NCBI GenBank assembly: GCA_031367385.1
Contig: JANLPS010000304.1
Coordinates: 1-15,675, forward strand
DNA: 15,675 nt
Direction of reading: 5' to 3'
From: Archangium sp.
GTDB lineage: Bacteria > Myxococcota > Myxococcia > Myxococcales > Myxococcaceae
Shown here: one piece after another, positions 1 through 10,089 of the stretch
Layout: each line of letters starts with the position of its first letter
Numbering within the stretch: position 1 is the first letter of the stretch
Program-made: the position numbers and the translations under genes
The notes under the pieces: model-generated
Seen by the model: only the letters and a program-made list of their open reading frames with translations
What the model was told of the DNA's origin: nothing
Databases searched by the model: none

Positions 1-1412
<1,412 letters not shown>

Positions 1413-1416
<4 letters not shown>

Positions 1417-3188
1417 TTCGCTTGCTCCCAGAGGGCCCTCTGCCGTCGCGCCTGCGCAACGAACCACCGCGGGCCCAGAAACCGAGGCTTACCTCCAAGC
1501 GCTCGAATTCGCTGCCCAATCTGCCGACCCGGCGGCCCGTACGCGATCACCGCCACCTGCGCGTCGACGAAGCGAAGCCCCGCGGGGGGCTCGATCGGCG
1601 CGGGCCAGGTCCACACCACGGCGCCGGTCAGGGGCGCGGTGAAGCTTGAATTGTGCGGGTGCAGCATCAACTCAATGCCGAATTGCTGCGCTGCAACACG
1701 GAGCGCTTCGGTGGCACCGCCGTCTCCGAGCACGGTCACCGTCGAGGCCCCGAGCCGGGTCAACACCGCAGCGGCGCCGTCGAAATCGGTATTGGCGGCC
1801 GCCCACCCACTGGGCGTTCGCACCAGGGTGTTCACCGCCGCTTCGCTCGCGCCCACCGCGAGGGCGACCCGCTTCTTGAACGGGTTGGTCACGGCCAACC
1901 CGCGGTGAGAGGCATGCAGGGCGGCCAGCACCGGGCCCAGCTCGGCGTCTTCGGGCAGCTCGAGGCGATCGAACGGTTGGGTGTGAATTCGCGGCGAGCG
2001 CGAGTGGGCGATCGACCCGCCAAGAATGCCGAGCCGCGCCCCGGGGGTGGCTTTCGAAAAGCGAGCCTCGCGCGCCGCGTCGACCAACAACCGCTGCCCC
2101 GGGGCGGCTGACCACTGTGAGTCGACCGCGAGGTAATCGAGCGCATTGCGCGCGGCGAGCAGGGCGCGCGCCGGCAAGGCCAATGGGCCGGTCGCCAACA
2201 CCGTCACTTGCTCGTCGCCGAACCGGTCGATCAACGCGGCTTGCGTCTCGAGCAGCTGCGGCGTGCGTGAGAGCGATTCGAGCGGCTCGACGTGCTTGAT
2301 ACGCGAGCCAATCGGCACCCGCACCCAGTGCTTGAGCGCCTGCTTGGTGGTCATCGCACGCGGTGAATGAAACGAGAACAAGCTCGCAGGGGCCGACCCC
2401 TGGGCGTCGGAGATCTCGACGTCGACCAGCTCGGCGTCGTGCGCCCACGATGAAGGCACTGGGGCCCCCCGCTCCGCGGCCAGCACCGGCAACGCGCGAA
2501 TGATCTGGCGCAGCTCGAGCGTCGGTGAGGTCAGGTCGGTGCGAAGCTCGAGCATGTCAGCCCCCAGATGCCGTGCCCGCCACGCCAGCGCGAGCACGTC
2601 GGCGCCCGGCGGAGCCGTCACCACCCGCCTGGCCCGAAAGCCCCGCTGGAGCTTCAACACGAAGTCGACGAAGCCAGTCGGGTGCGCGGCGCGGTGGAGG
2701 TCTTCACGCTCGGCGAAGACCTCGCGCAGCTCAGCCTCCATTGACAAATCGGGGCGAAGTCGCGGTCGGCTCGAATCGGCGCGAAGGCGCTCGACGTAGG
2801 TTTGGTACGAGACCGGCACCAGCACCACCACGCAGCCCGCCAACACCGGGGCGTGCGCGGCCAAGAACCCGCCTCCCACCGACACCACCGACCCTCGAGG
2901 CAGCTGCCGAAACGCCGACCGCTCGGCGGCCCGAAATGAGAGCACGTCGTCGGTGACCCAGTCGTGGAGCGGCCGCTGCCGCGAGAGCACCTCGTCGAGG
3001 TCGACCGCCGACCGATTCAGCGCCTTTGCAATCAACGGCAGCAAGCGAGTCTTGCCCGCCGCTCGGTGACCGGCCAACACCACCGTGGCCCCGCGCGGCA
3101 ACCCGTCGACCGCTTCGGTGGCCCGACGCGCCCAGGTGTCGCGAAGCTCGCTCTGGAGCCGAGGGTCGAGCTCGTCGATCAGATGCAC
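1413..3188 (-). CDS. Trifunctional shikimate kinase / type I 3-dehydroquinate dehydratase / shikimate dehydrogenase fusion (AroK-AroD-AroE)
   Basis: N-terminal P-loop GHRAAGKT, DLD, FRAAE and SVGGG (shikimate kinase). Middle ADMLELRTD, SFH, IKH and APGQ (type I DHQase). C-terminal IAHSRSPRIH, AVTNPFK, AVNTL, NTD, LGDGGA and QARRQRALW (AroE). Coupled to aroC. Confidence 0.85.
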
Positions 3189-3234
3189 CGGGTCATCTCA
3201 CATTGCCCGACCTTGGGGAGCCAGGGCTATTCTT

Positions 3235-3249
3235 TGCTGCAGTGCAGCA
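3235..3249. promoter_or_regulatory. Perfect palindrome TGCTGCA-G-TGCAGCA, candidate transcription-factor operator (PhaR-like)
   Basis: 7-bp arms with a 1-bp spacer, in the 106-bp divergent intergenic region between the aro fusion and the hydrolase. Confidence 0.45.
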
Positions 3250-3294
3250 TTTTGGCTTGCCCTGCGGCTCGAAACTACGCATTCATGGGGTCAC

Positions 3295-4161
3295 ATGCAC
3301 GTGCTCGAAACCTCGCGACTCCGGGTTGGCTATTTGGAGCGGGGGGCGGGCCCGCGAACGGTCGTGCTGTTGCACGGCAATTTTGCCTCGGCGCGCTGGT
3401 GGCAGCGCACGCTCGACGCAGCGCCCACGAAGGGGGTTCGGTTCTTGGCTCCCTCGATGCGCGGGTGTGGTGAAAGCCAGGCCACGCGACCGATCAGCAG
3501 GGTCAAAGACCTGGCCGACGATGTGATTTCGTTTCTCGACGCGCTCGGTCTGTCGCAGTGCACCATCGTGGGTCACTCGCTGGGGGGCGCCACCGCGATG
3601 GAGCTCGCCGTGTTGCGGCCCGACCTGGTGAGCAAGCTCGAGCTGATCGCCCCCGCCCCCGGAGACCGCCTCGAGTCATTTCACGGCCGAGGCTCCAACC
3701 TGGGCCGGGCGATGCGGCTGTTCAACCCCGACCTGCCGGGCAGCCGGCTGGCGCTGGTGGGGTTGCTGCACCTGGGCCATGCGTTGGGCACGGTGCGCTC
3801 CGAGCTTCGACGAGGGTTGGCGAACATGATGCCGACCGCACAGATGTCGAGCGCCGAGTTCGACGCGATGGTCGACGACGCCCAGCGAATGGACCCGGCG
3901 GTGGTGGCGAGGTTGTACGGCGCGCTGCACCGATGGGACGCCCGTGAGGTCGCGCAGCACGTGAAGATGCCGACCCGCATCTTGGCTGGCGAGCGTGATG
4001 CCATGGTGCCCCGCGCGACGCTCGAGCTGCTGGCGGCCCAGCTGAAGATCGAGCTCGAGGTGTGGCCAGAGGTGGGCCACTCTCCGATGATCGAGAAGCC
4101 CGAAGCGTTCGTCGAGTGGTTGCTCGAGCGCCCGGGTCGCCGGGCCGCCGCCGCGGTGTAA
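3295..4161 (+). CDS. Alpha/beta-fold serine hydrolase
   Basis: VVLLHGN oxyanion motif, MRGCGES, nucleophile elbow GHSLGG, acid residue in GERDAMV and His in GHSP. The start is reset to the ATG at 3295 to avoid overlap with the divergent aro gene. Confidence 0.92.
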   Translation: MHVLETSRLRVGYLERGAGPRTVVLLHGNFASARWWQRTLDAAPTKGVRFLAPSMRGCGESQATRPISRVKDLADDVISFLDALGLSQCTIVGHSLGGATAMELAVLRPDLVSKLELIAPAPGDRLESFHGRGSNLGRAMRLFNPDLPGSRLALVGLLHLGHALGTVRSELRRGLANMMPTAQMSSAEFDAMVDDAQRMDPAVVARLYGALHRWDAREVAQHVKMPTRILAGERDAMVPRATLELLAAQLKIELEVWPEVGHSPMIEKPEAFVEWLLERPGRRAAAAV

Positions 4162-4204
4162 AGCCGCGAAGGGTACTTTTTCGTGGTACGCCAACGCACC
4201 GCGC

Positions 4205-5443
4205 ATGAATTCGCACGACGTTTTGACCGCCGCCATCGAGCGACAGCTGAGCACCGAGCGTTCGAGCAACGTGCTTCGCATGCACGCGGTGCGGCTCGCT
4301 GCGATCACCCTGGCCTTGGTGCTCTCGCTGTGGCTCGGAGCCCAGACCGACGCGACTCATGCTGATGGGTGGGCGGTCTTGGTGCCGCCGCTGGCGGTGT
4401 GGTGGGGTTTGGCGGCAGCGCTGGGAGGTGCCGGTTTCTACTTCAAGCAGTCAGCGAGGCCGATCGGCTGGGCCTGCGCGCTGATCGATTTTCCCATTGT
4501 TTTTGCGATGCAGCATACCTCGATGCCCGTCTCGGCCTCGCCCGGCGGTGTCGCCGGTTTCACTGCGGCGGTCTTCTGCTCGCTCGTCATCGCCGCGACG
4601 CTGGTGCTCGACAAGACGCTCGTCGCAGTGGCTGGCGTGTTGGCGGTGGGGTTCAGTGTTGCGCTGCAACAACAAGCGAACATCGGCATCGGCGCGCAGT
4701 TCGCCACCGGCATCGTCATCGCGGTGGCGGCGGCGAGCGGCACCTACCTGGTCTCACGCATCACCGCCCTGGTCGAGTCGGTGTCTCGCGAAGGACTGCG
4801 ACGCGAAAAGCTGGGCCGCTATTTTTCACCCGAGGTCGCCAGCCGTCTGGCCGACCTGGGCGAGCGAAAGAGCACCGAGACGCGGGAGGTGACGGTGTTG
4901 TTCTCTGACATTCGCGACTTCACCGCGCTGAGCGAAAAACTGACCCCCGACGAAGTGGTCGCGATGCTCAACGAGTACCATTCGCACATGGTCGAGGTGC
5001 TCTTTCGGCACCACGGCACGCTCGACAAGTTCATCGGCGATGGGTTGATGGCGTACTTCGGCGCGCCGATCGACGACCCCGAGCACGCGCGGCACGGCGT
5101 TCAGTGCGCGCTCGACATGATGCTCGCGCTCGAGGAGCTGAACATCGTGCGTCGGGCCCGCGGTGCGCCGGCCCTGAAGATCGGCATCGGTCTACACTCG
5201 GGCGACGTGGTGGTGGGCGACATCGGCAGCCGCTCGCGCCGGCTCGAGTACACTGCGATTGGCGACACCGTGAACCTGGCCTCGCGCATCGAGGGTCTCA
5301 CCAAGACGCACGGCACGCCGGTGCTGGTCTCGAAGGCCACCAAAGATCGCTGCGAGGCGGGGTTCACCTGGTCGGCGGCAAAGTCGGCATCGGTCAAGGG
5401 CAAGACCGAGCTGGTCGAGACCTTCGTGCCCTCGGCGGTGTAA
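4205..5443 (+). CDS. Membrane-anchored class III adenylate cyclase (about 6 TM helices plus catalytic domain)
   Basis: Six hydrophobic segments, the linker [10 protein letters not shown], then [35 protein letters not shown] and [15 protein letters not shown]. The Lys/Thr specificity residues indicate an ATP-specific class IIIb enzyme. Confidence 0.95.
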   Translation: MNSHDVLTAAIERQLSTERSSNVLRMHAVRLAAITLALVLSLWLGAQTDATHADGWAVLVPPLAVWWGLAAALGGAGFYFKQSARPIGWACALIDFPIVFAMQHTSMPVSASPGGVAGFTAAVFCSLVIAATLVLDKTLVAVAGVLAVGFSVALQQQANIGIGAQFATGIVIAVAAASGTYLVSRITALVESVSREGLRREKLGRYFSPEVASRLADLGERKSTETREVTVLFSDIRDFTALSEKLTPDEVVAMLNEYHSHMVEVLFRHHGTLDKFIGDGLMAYFGAPIDDPEHARHGVQCALDMMLALEELNIVRRARGAPALKIGIGLHSGDVVVGDIGSRSRRLEYTAIGDTVNLASRIEGLTKTHGTPVLVSKATKDRCEAGFTWSAAKSASVKGKTELVETFVPSAV

Positions 5444-5445
5444 CG

Positions 5446-5844
5446 ATGCGTCAGCTGATCTTCGCGGCCGTGCTGGGGTTGACGGCCTGCCCGGTCTCGG
5501 TCGAGGTCGTGCCCGAGGCGGGAGTGGCCTGCACGATGGACAACGCCGGCGTCTGTGAGAGCTCGACGCGGTTGTTGGTGTGTCAGGGCAAAATCTGGGT
5601 CGCGAGTACCGACTGCAAAGGCCCCGATGGCTGCCGGCTGGTCGCAGACGCGTACGAGTGCGACCTGCGCGGGAACTCGTTGGGCGATCTGTGCCCCGCT
5701 CAAAGCGAAGGCAAAGTACGGTGCGACCCCGATGGGGGCGTGAACATCTTGCGGTGCAAGAAAGGCGTCTTGAATCTCGAGTTCGTGTGCCCGCAGACCA
5801 CGGTGTGTCAGTTCATCGAAGATGCGGGGCTGACCTGTCGCTGA
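5446..5844 (+). CDS. Small Cys-rich lipoprotein (132 aa) with two 6-Cys modules
   Basis: ATG lies 2 bp after the cyclase stop. Signal peptide MRQLIFAAVLGLTAC ends in the lipobox LTAC, and 12 further Cys follow. It is the C-terminal part of track ORF 5104..5844. Confidence 0.85.
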   Translation: MRQLIFAAVLGLTACPVSVEVVPEAGVACTMDNAGVCESSTRLLVCQGKIWVASTDCKGPDGCRLVADAYECDLRGNSLGDLCPAQSEGKVRCDPDGGVNILRCKKGVLNLEFVCPQTTVCQFIEDAGLTCR

Positions 5845-6508
5845 GGCCGCGGGCAGCGTCCCACCGGGCTTGAACGCCGGCACGGCCTTGAATCAAGAGT
5901 GAAAACCCCTCGAGCGAGGTGGCTTCGTTGACACGCGTATGAACCGCGTCGAGCTCGGCCTCGAATCGAGCGAGTGGCGCGGGCCCGTGGGGTGTACCGA
6001 CCTCGACCAAGACATCGGGAAATTCGTGCTCGAAGAAGGCATAGCGCACGGCGATCGCCACGCTCGGTGCTCCGGTGGAGCGCGCGAGCAGCTCGAGGCC
6101 GCGCGACAAGGGGCCCAGCGCCGCACCCGCCCGAATCTCACCCTGGGGGAAAATGACCACCGCGGCCTTGGGCCGCTGCATCAGGCCCTTCGCGTACCGC
6201 ATCGTCTCGAGCGCCGAGCGCGGGTCACCGCGGCGCACGCTGAAGGCCCCGATGCGAGCGTGAAACGGGTACTTGGCGAGGTTCTGCTCCTCCATCATGG
6301 CGTAGCCGTCCCAGCCGAATTGCATACCGAGCTGGTGCGCGATGAAGCCGTCCCAGAAGCTGGAGTGATTGAAGTAGGCGACCAACCCACGCTCGCTCGA
6401 GGGCGCTGCGCCGCGAAGCCAGACCCCGCGAAACGAGCTCCGCACCTTTCGCGCGACGTACCATTCAATCAACGCCCCCCAAGGGCCGCCTTTGGCATCG
6501 CGAATCAC
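5813..6508 (-). CDS. PlsC-like acyltransferase, probable carotenoid glycoside acyltransferase
   Basis: NHSSFWD (HX4D) and IFPQG motifs. The GTG at 6508 overlaps the glycosyltransferase stop (GTGA). It is the last gene of the crt operon. Confidence 0.88.
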   Translation of the reverse strand: MIRDAKGGPWGALIEWYVARKVRSSFRGVWLRGAAPSSERGLVAYFNHSSFWDGFIAHQLGMQFGWDGYAMMEEQNLAKYPFHARIGAFSVRRGDPRSALETMRYAKGLMQRPKAAVVIFPQGEIRAGAALGPLSRGLELLARSTGAPSVAIAVRYAFFEHEFPDVLVEVGTPHGPAPLARFEAELDAVHTRVNEATSLEGFSLLIQGRAGVQARWDAARGLSDRSAPHLR

Positions 6509-7680
6509 GTGAGCTGCTCGGGAGTGAGCGGTGTGAGGTGGCCGCCGGAGCCGAGGCGATACTGACGACCGCGCCAGGTCACCTGACGGCCAAGAAACAG
6601 CGAGCGGCCCCAGCACAACACCAGCAGCAGCTCGGCGAGGAACCACTCGAAGCGAAGACCGAAGGGTCGATCTTCAAGCCGGTTTGCGAGCGCGAAGCGA
6701 CTGAGCACCAGCAAGGTGGTCGCGGCGGCGAGCGCGGGTGAACCGCAGATCGCGCAGAGAATGACGAGCACCGGCGTCGGCGCGAACAGCAACGGCACCG
6801 TGGGGAAGAGCGGCGCGCGGTGGGCTCGCAACACCTGCATCCACCGGGTGAAGCGGTCGACCACGGCACCCATGGTCAGCAGCGGGCTCTGCGTCACGCG
6901 CGCCTGCACGGCGACGACGGTGACCGAGCGACCTCGCGCATGCAACGCCTTTGACAACTCGAGGTCTTCGCCGACGACGGCTTCGAGCTTTCGCCATTCG
7001 TGAATCGCATCACTCGAGAGGGCGAGGGCCTTGCCGCAGATGGCCTTCGCTCCGAGCTGCATCGCATCGAGCGCGACGAAGGAGTGGTGCGATTGCACCA
7101 ACAGACCACGCGTACACAGGCTCGCGAGGCTCTGACCCGGGGGAGGAATCGGCGCGGCGGAGGCAGCGCACGCCCCGTCGTGAATCGCGGCGGTGAGGGC
7201 TCGCACGAGTGACTCGTCAGCAACGACATCAGCGTCGATGCAGAGCACCACGGCATCGGCTGGCAATTCTCCAAGTGCGGCGAGCGCGTTGAGCACGTGG
7301 CCCACTTTGCGATTGCTGGTCGTCGGGTCTGAGCGAAGCCAGCCGAGTTCTGGGGGCAGGCCTGTTGGTCGAACCGGTGAGGTCACGAATTGTCGCACCC
7401 CAGCGCCGAGGTGCAGTGACTCGCAGAGCGCTCGAAGCTCGTGCTCTGCAGGCGCGTCGAGCGGGCGAATGACGAGCACCGAGTCGATCGCATTCGCAGC
7501 AGCAGCCGCATTCGCGCTCGAATTCGCAGCCGCACTCGTCGCGCTCGCCTCGATCGCAGCCCTCGCAGCCCTCGCAGCGCTCTCAACACGCAAGGGCGCA
7601 GCACGGCGCGTGACACGCAGCAGAGCCATCGCGCTGAAACCGGCTGCGACGAGCGCCCAGGTGATCAACGCTGAAATCAT
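6505..7680 (-). CDS. GT2/GT21-like membrane glycosyltransferase, probable carotenoid glycosyltransferase
   Basis: N-terminal TM helix, NRKV, DADV (DxD), GEDLEL, RFTRW (QxxRW-like) and C-terminal TM helices, in crt operon context. Start is the ATG at 7680. Confidence 0.85.
   Translation of the reverse strand: MISALITWALVAAGFSAMALLRVTRRAAPLRVESAARAARAAIEASATSAAANSSANAAAAANAIDSVLVIRPLDAPAEHELRALCESLHLGAGVRQFVTSPVRPTGLPPELGWLRSDPTTSNRKVGHVLNALAALGELPADAVVLCIDADVVADESLVRALTAAIHDGACAASAAPIPPPGQSLASLCTRGLLVQSHHSFVALDAMQLGAKAICGKALALSSDAIHEWRKLEAVVGEDLELSKALHARGRSVTVVAVQARVTQSPLLTMGAVVDRFTRWMQVLRAHRAPLFPTVPLLFAPTPVLVILCAICGSPALAAATTLLVLSRFALANRLEDRPFGLRFEWFLAELLLVLCWGRSLFLGRQVTWRGRQYRLGSGGHLTPLTPEQLT
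7491..7580. repeat. Degenerate TCGCAGC-based repeat encoding an Ala-rich linker in the glycosyltransferase
   Basis: TCGCAGC occurs at 7494, 7524 and 7554 (30-bp period) and at 7554, 7563 and 7572 (9-bp tandem). It encodes roughly AARAARAAIEASATSAAANSSANAAAAAN. Confidence 0.7.
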
Positions 7681-7793
7681 GCGCCCCCCGCCCAAAGAGA
7701 CGTGCAGTGGTGACGCGAGCTCGGTTGAGAAACCGGCAAACTCCCGGGCAGGTCGGGGTCTTCGAGTCCCTCAGAATGAACGGAGGAGGTCAC
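7677..7793 (-). CDS. 38-aa mini-ORF bridging crtC and the glycosyltransferase
   Basis: The GTG at 7793 overlaps the crtC stop (GTGA) and has GGGGAGGT just upstream. Its TGA overlaps the GT start (ATGA). Translation: MTSSVHSEGLEDPDLPGSLPVSQPSSRHHCTSLWAGGA. Confidence 0.55.
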   Translation of the reverse strand: MTSSVHSEGLEDPDLPGSLPVSQPSSRHHCTSLWAGGA

Positions 7794-8683
7794 GCGACCT
7801 CCCCGAGGCGGGTTCGCATTCGCGCCATCCACCGAATCGTAGGGCGATGAAATCGCTCGAAGTCGGCCACTTCACCCACCGCCGATGTGGTCGCTGACGT
7901 GCTCTCGAGCCGTGCATAGAATGGCGATGACTCGAGCATGCGCGGCGCCTGCAGCCCACCCAACGTCGTCGGCACGCGAAGCCCCCAGCGCGTTCTCGAC
8001 GTGGCCGCACGCTCGAGCGGCTGGCGCGAGACATCGACGCCGGCATCATGCGCGACCACCCGAAGCCCATTCTGCTCGCCCCACGGCTGGTACCGCACCT
8101 CGGTCATCAGCGGCGTGTGAATGCGCACCCAATCCCACCCGCGACAGTCAGTGCCCAGCGGTACATCGCCACCGTTGCCATCGTGGTACGCAGCTCCGTC
8201 GAGCGTGTATTGCGGCAGCGTCACCCGCGCGTGACCCCTTGGAGCAATCGGGTGCCAGGAGTGCGATCGCCCTTCGATGAGCTCGAGCGGCCCCGTGCCT
8301 TGGCCAGCCGAATCGAAGTCGAGCTTGGCCTCGACCGGCGTGCCCCACAGCGCCGAACGCTCATTCACCTGCGCGGTGACCTGATTCTCATTCACGTAGC
8401 TCAAGACCGAGCCGCCGATTCTCAAGGTGCGGCCGTCATTCTCGACTCGCGCGCCAGCGTACTCACTGAGCACCCACTGTCGCCGTACACCTCGCTCGTA
8501 CAACGCGAAGTTCACCGCGGAGTGGGCCGTCGGCAAGGCGCCACGCTTGAGCCCCGCCGAGTACCGCGCCGAGAAAATACTGCCGACCATGAAGATGAAG
8601 ACGGCGGTGAAGTCTCCGGCGGTGACATCGAAGTAGTACCACCTGTACGCACCTGACTGCCGCGGAAGCTCGATTCGATTCAT
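7790..8683 (-). CDS. crtC: Carotenoid 1,2-hydratase (hydroxyneurosporene synthase)
   Basis: GAYRWYYFD, IFMVGSIFS..Y, AVNFALY, WHPIAP, AYHDGN, WDWVR and ESSPFYAR motifs. The ATG at 8683 overlaps the crtD stop (ATGA). Confidence 0.9.
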   Translation of the reverse strand: MNRIELPRQSGAYRWYYFDVTAGDFTAVFIFMVGSIFSARYSAGLKRGALPTAHSAVNFALYERGVRRQWVLSEYAGARVENDGRTLRIGGSVLSYVNENQVTAQVNERSALWGTPVEAKLDFDSAGQGTGPLELIEGRSHSWHPIAPRGHARVTLPQYTLDGAAYHDGNGGDVPLGTDCRGWDWVRIHTPLMTEVRYQPWGEQNGLRVVAHDAGVDVSRQPLERAATSRTRWGLRVPTTLGGLQAPRMLESSPFYARLESTSATTSAVGEVADFERFHRPTIRWMARMRTRLGEVA

Positions 8684-10089
8684 GGGCGGCCTCCGAGGTG
8701 TTGATCGGCCAGGCCCGCTGCAAAACGGCCTGAGAGCATCACCAGGGGTACGCCTCCTCCGGGGTGAGTGCCGCCGCCCGCGAAGAAAACGCCAGGGGTC
8801 TTCGAGCGCATCGCTGGTCGGCGAAACGGCCCAAACCGACCTCGAGGCAGATACCCGTAAATCGAGCCACCCGGAGCGCCCTGTGCAGCCAAGTCGACCG
8901 GCGTTCGACGCCCGACGCAGCGAAGCGGCGCACCCCCGACGTTCGGAATGCGTTCGGCGCACCAGGCTTGAAGCTCCTCACTGAAGTGCTCCCAGCCTTC
9001 GGCGGGAGCGTTCGGGTTGAGCGCCGGCACATTGACCATCACGTACAAACCACTGGTGTTCGCTGGGGCCATCGTCGGGTCGGTCGCCGCGGGGTGGCAC
9101 ACATGAATGGTGCGCTCACTGGGTACTCGACCCGCCGCCAGCGCATCGAATTCTGCCCTGCTGTCGCCCGAAAAAAGAATCGTGTGATGTGGCAGCGAGA
9201 GGCGCTGCTGCGCCTCGAAGAAGAAGACGCAGCCCGACATCGCGAGCGGCTCGTGGTCTCGCCCGAGCGAAGCCAACGGGTCGGCGTTGATCACCACGGT
9301 GTCGAAGAGCTCATCACCGACGGCGAACTTCGAACCGCTCGTCTGCCACCAGGTCTTTGCGTTGAAGCGAACCTCGACCCCGAGCCGTTTGACCGCGGCC
9401 AGCAAGCCAGAGATCAGCTTGCCGATGCCGCCGACGACGTGGTGAACGCCGTGCGCTCGCTCGAGGTGCGCGATCATCGCGAAGGCGGCATTGGCCTCGA
9501 AGGGTGAGGCGCCGGCATACGTGGCGAACCGCCCTGCGAATTGGCGCAAATAAGGAGTGCGAAAGTGAGACGCCGCGAGGCTGTCGAGCGTCGAGAGCGT
9601 CATGCCCTGGGCGAGCGCAGACGCACCGCGACGTGCTGCCCGAGCAATGAAGCCGATCATCGACTCATACGGCGCCTCGAGGTACGGCGACCCGGCGGCT
9701 TCGTAGATGCGCTCGGCGGTACGGTAGAAGCGACGCAGCCCATCGGCGTCTCCGAGCGCGTTCGCAGACTCGAGGGTGCGCTCGAGGTCGTCGAAGCACG
9801 AAAATTCGCGCCCGTCTGCGAACCGGTAATGCGTTTGCAACTCGAGGCGTTTGAGCTCGGGCATCAGGTCGAGCGCGTTGAGTGATTCGAAGGTGGCTCG
9901 CACCGTGCCCGGCATGGTCATCACGGTGGGCCCTGTGTCGAAGCGGAGGCCGTCGACCTCCAGGACCTGCGCCTTACCGCCAGCGGTCGAGCCCGCCTCG
10001 AAGAGCGTCACCCGGTGGCCCAGCGCCGCGAGGGTGCCGGCGGCGGTGAGGCCTCCGATGCCAGCGCCGATGACCGCGACCGACTTCAT
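8680..10089 (-). CDS. crtD: CrtI-family desaturase, probable 1-hydroxycarotenoid 3,4-desaturase
   Basis: MKSVAVIGAGIGG FAD motif, FDTGPTVMTM, FATYAGASP, GGSIYG and GGGTHPGGGVP. It lies between crtB and crtC. The ATG at 10089 overlaps the crtB stop (TGATG). Confidence 0.85.
   Translation of the reverse strand: MKSVAVIGAGIGGLTAAGTLAALGHRVTLFEAGSTAGGKAQVLEVDGLRFDTGPTVMTMPGTVRATFESLNALDLMPELKRLELQTHYRFADGREFSCFDDLERTLESANALGDADGLRRFYRTAERIYEAAGSPYLEAPYESMIGFIARAARRGASALAQGMTLSTLDSLAASHFRTPYLRQFAGRFATYAGASPFEANAAFAMIAHLERAHGVHHVVGGIGKLISGLLAAVKRLGVEVRFNAKTWWQTSGSKFAVGDELFDTVVINADPLASLGRDHEPLAMSGCVFFFEAQQRLSLPHHTILFSGDSRAEFDALAAGRVPSERTIHVCHPAATDPTMAPANTSGLYVMVNVPALNPNAPAEGWEHFSEELQAWCAERIPNVGGAPLRCVGRRTPVDLAAQGAPGGSIYGYLPRGRFGPFRRPAMRSKTPGVFFAGGGTHPGGGVPLVMLSGRFAAGLADQHLGGRP

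Noticed and set aside
3203..3233. TTGCCC...TATTCT sigma70-like promoter for the hydrolase
   Set aside because: The 19-bp spacer and imperfect hexamers are too weak to call.
7491..7580. Periodic repeats as a possible CRISPR or REP element
   Set aside because: They are short, degenerate and in-frame within a CDS, with no repeat-spacer structure and no cas genes.
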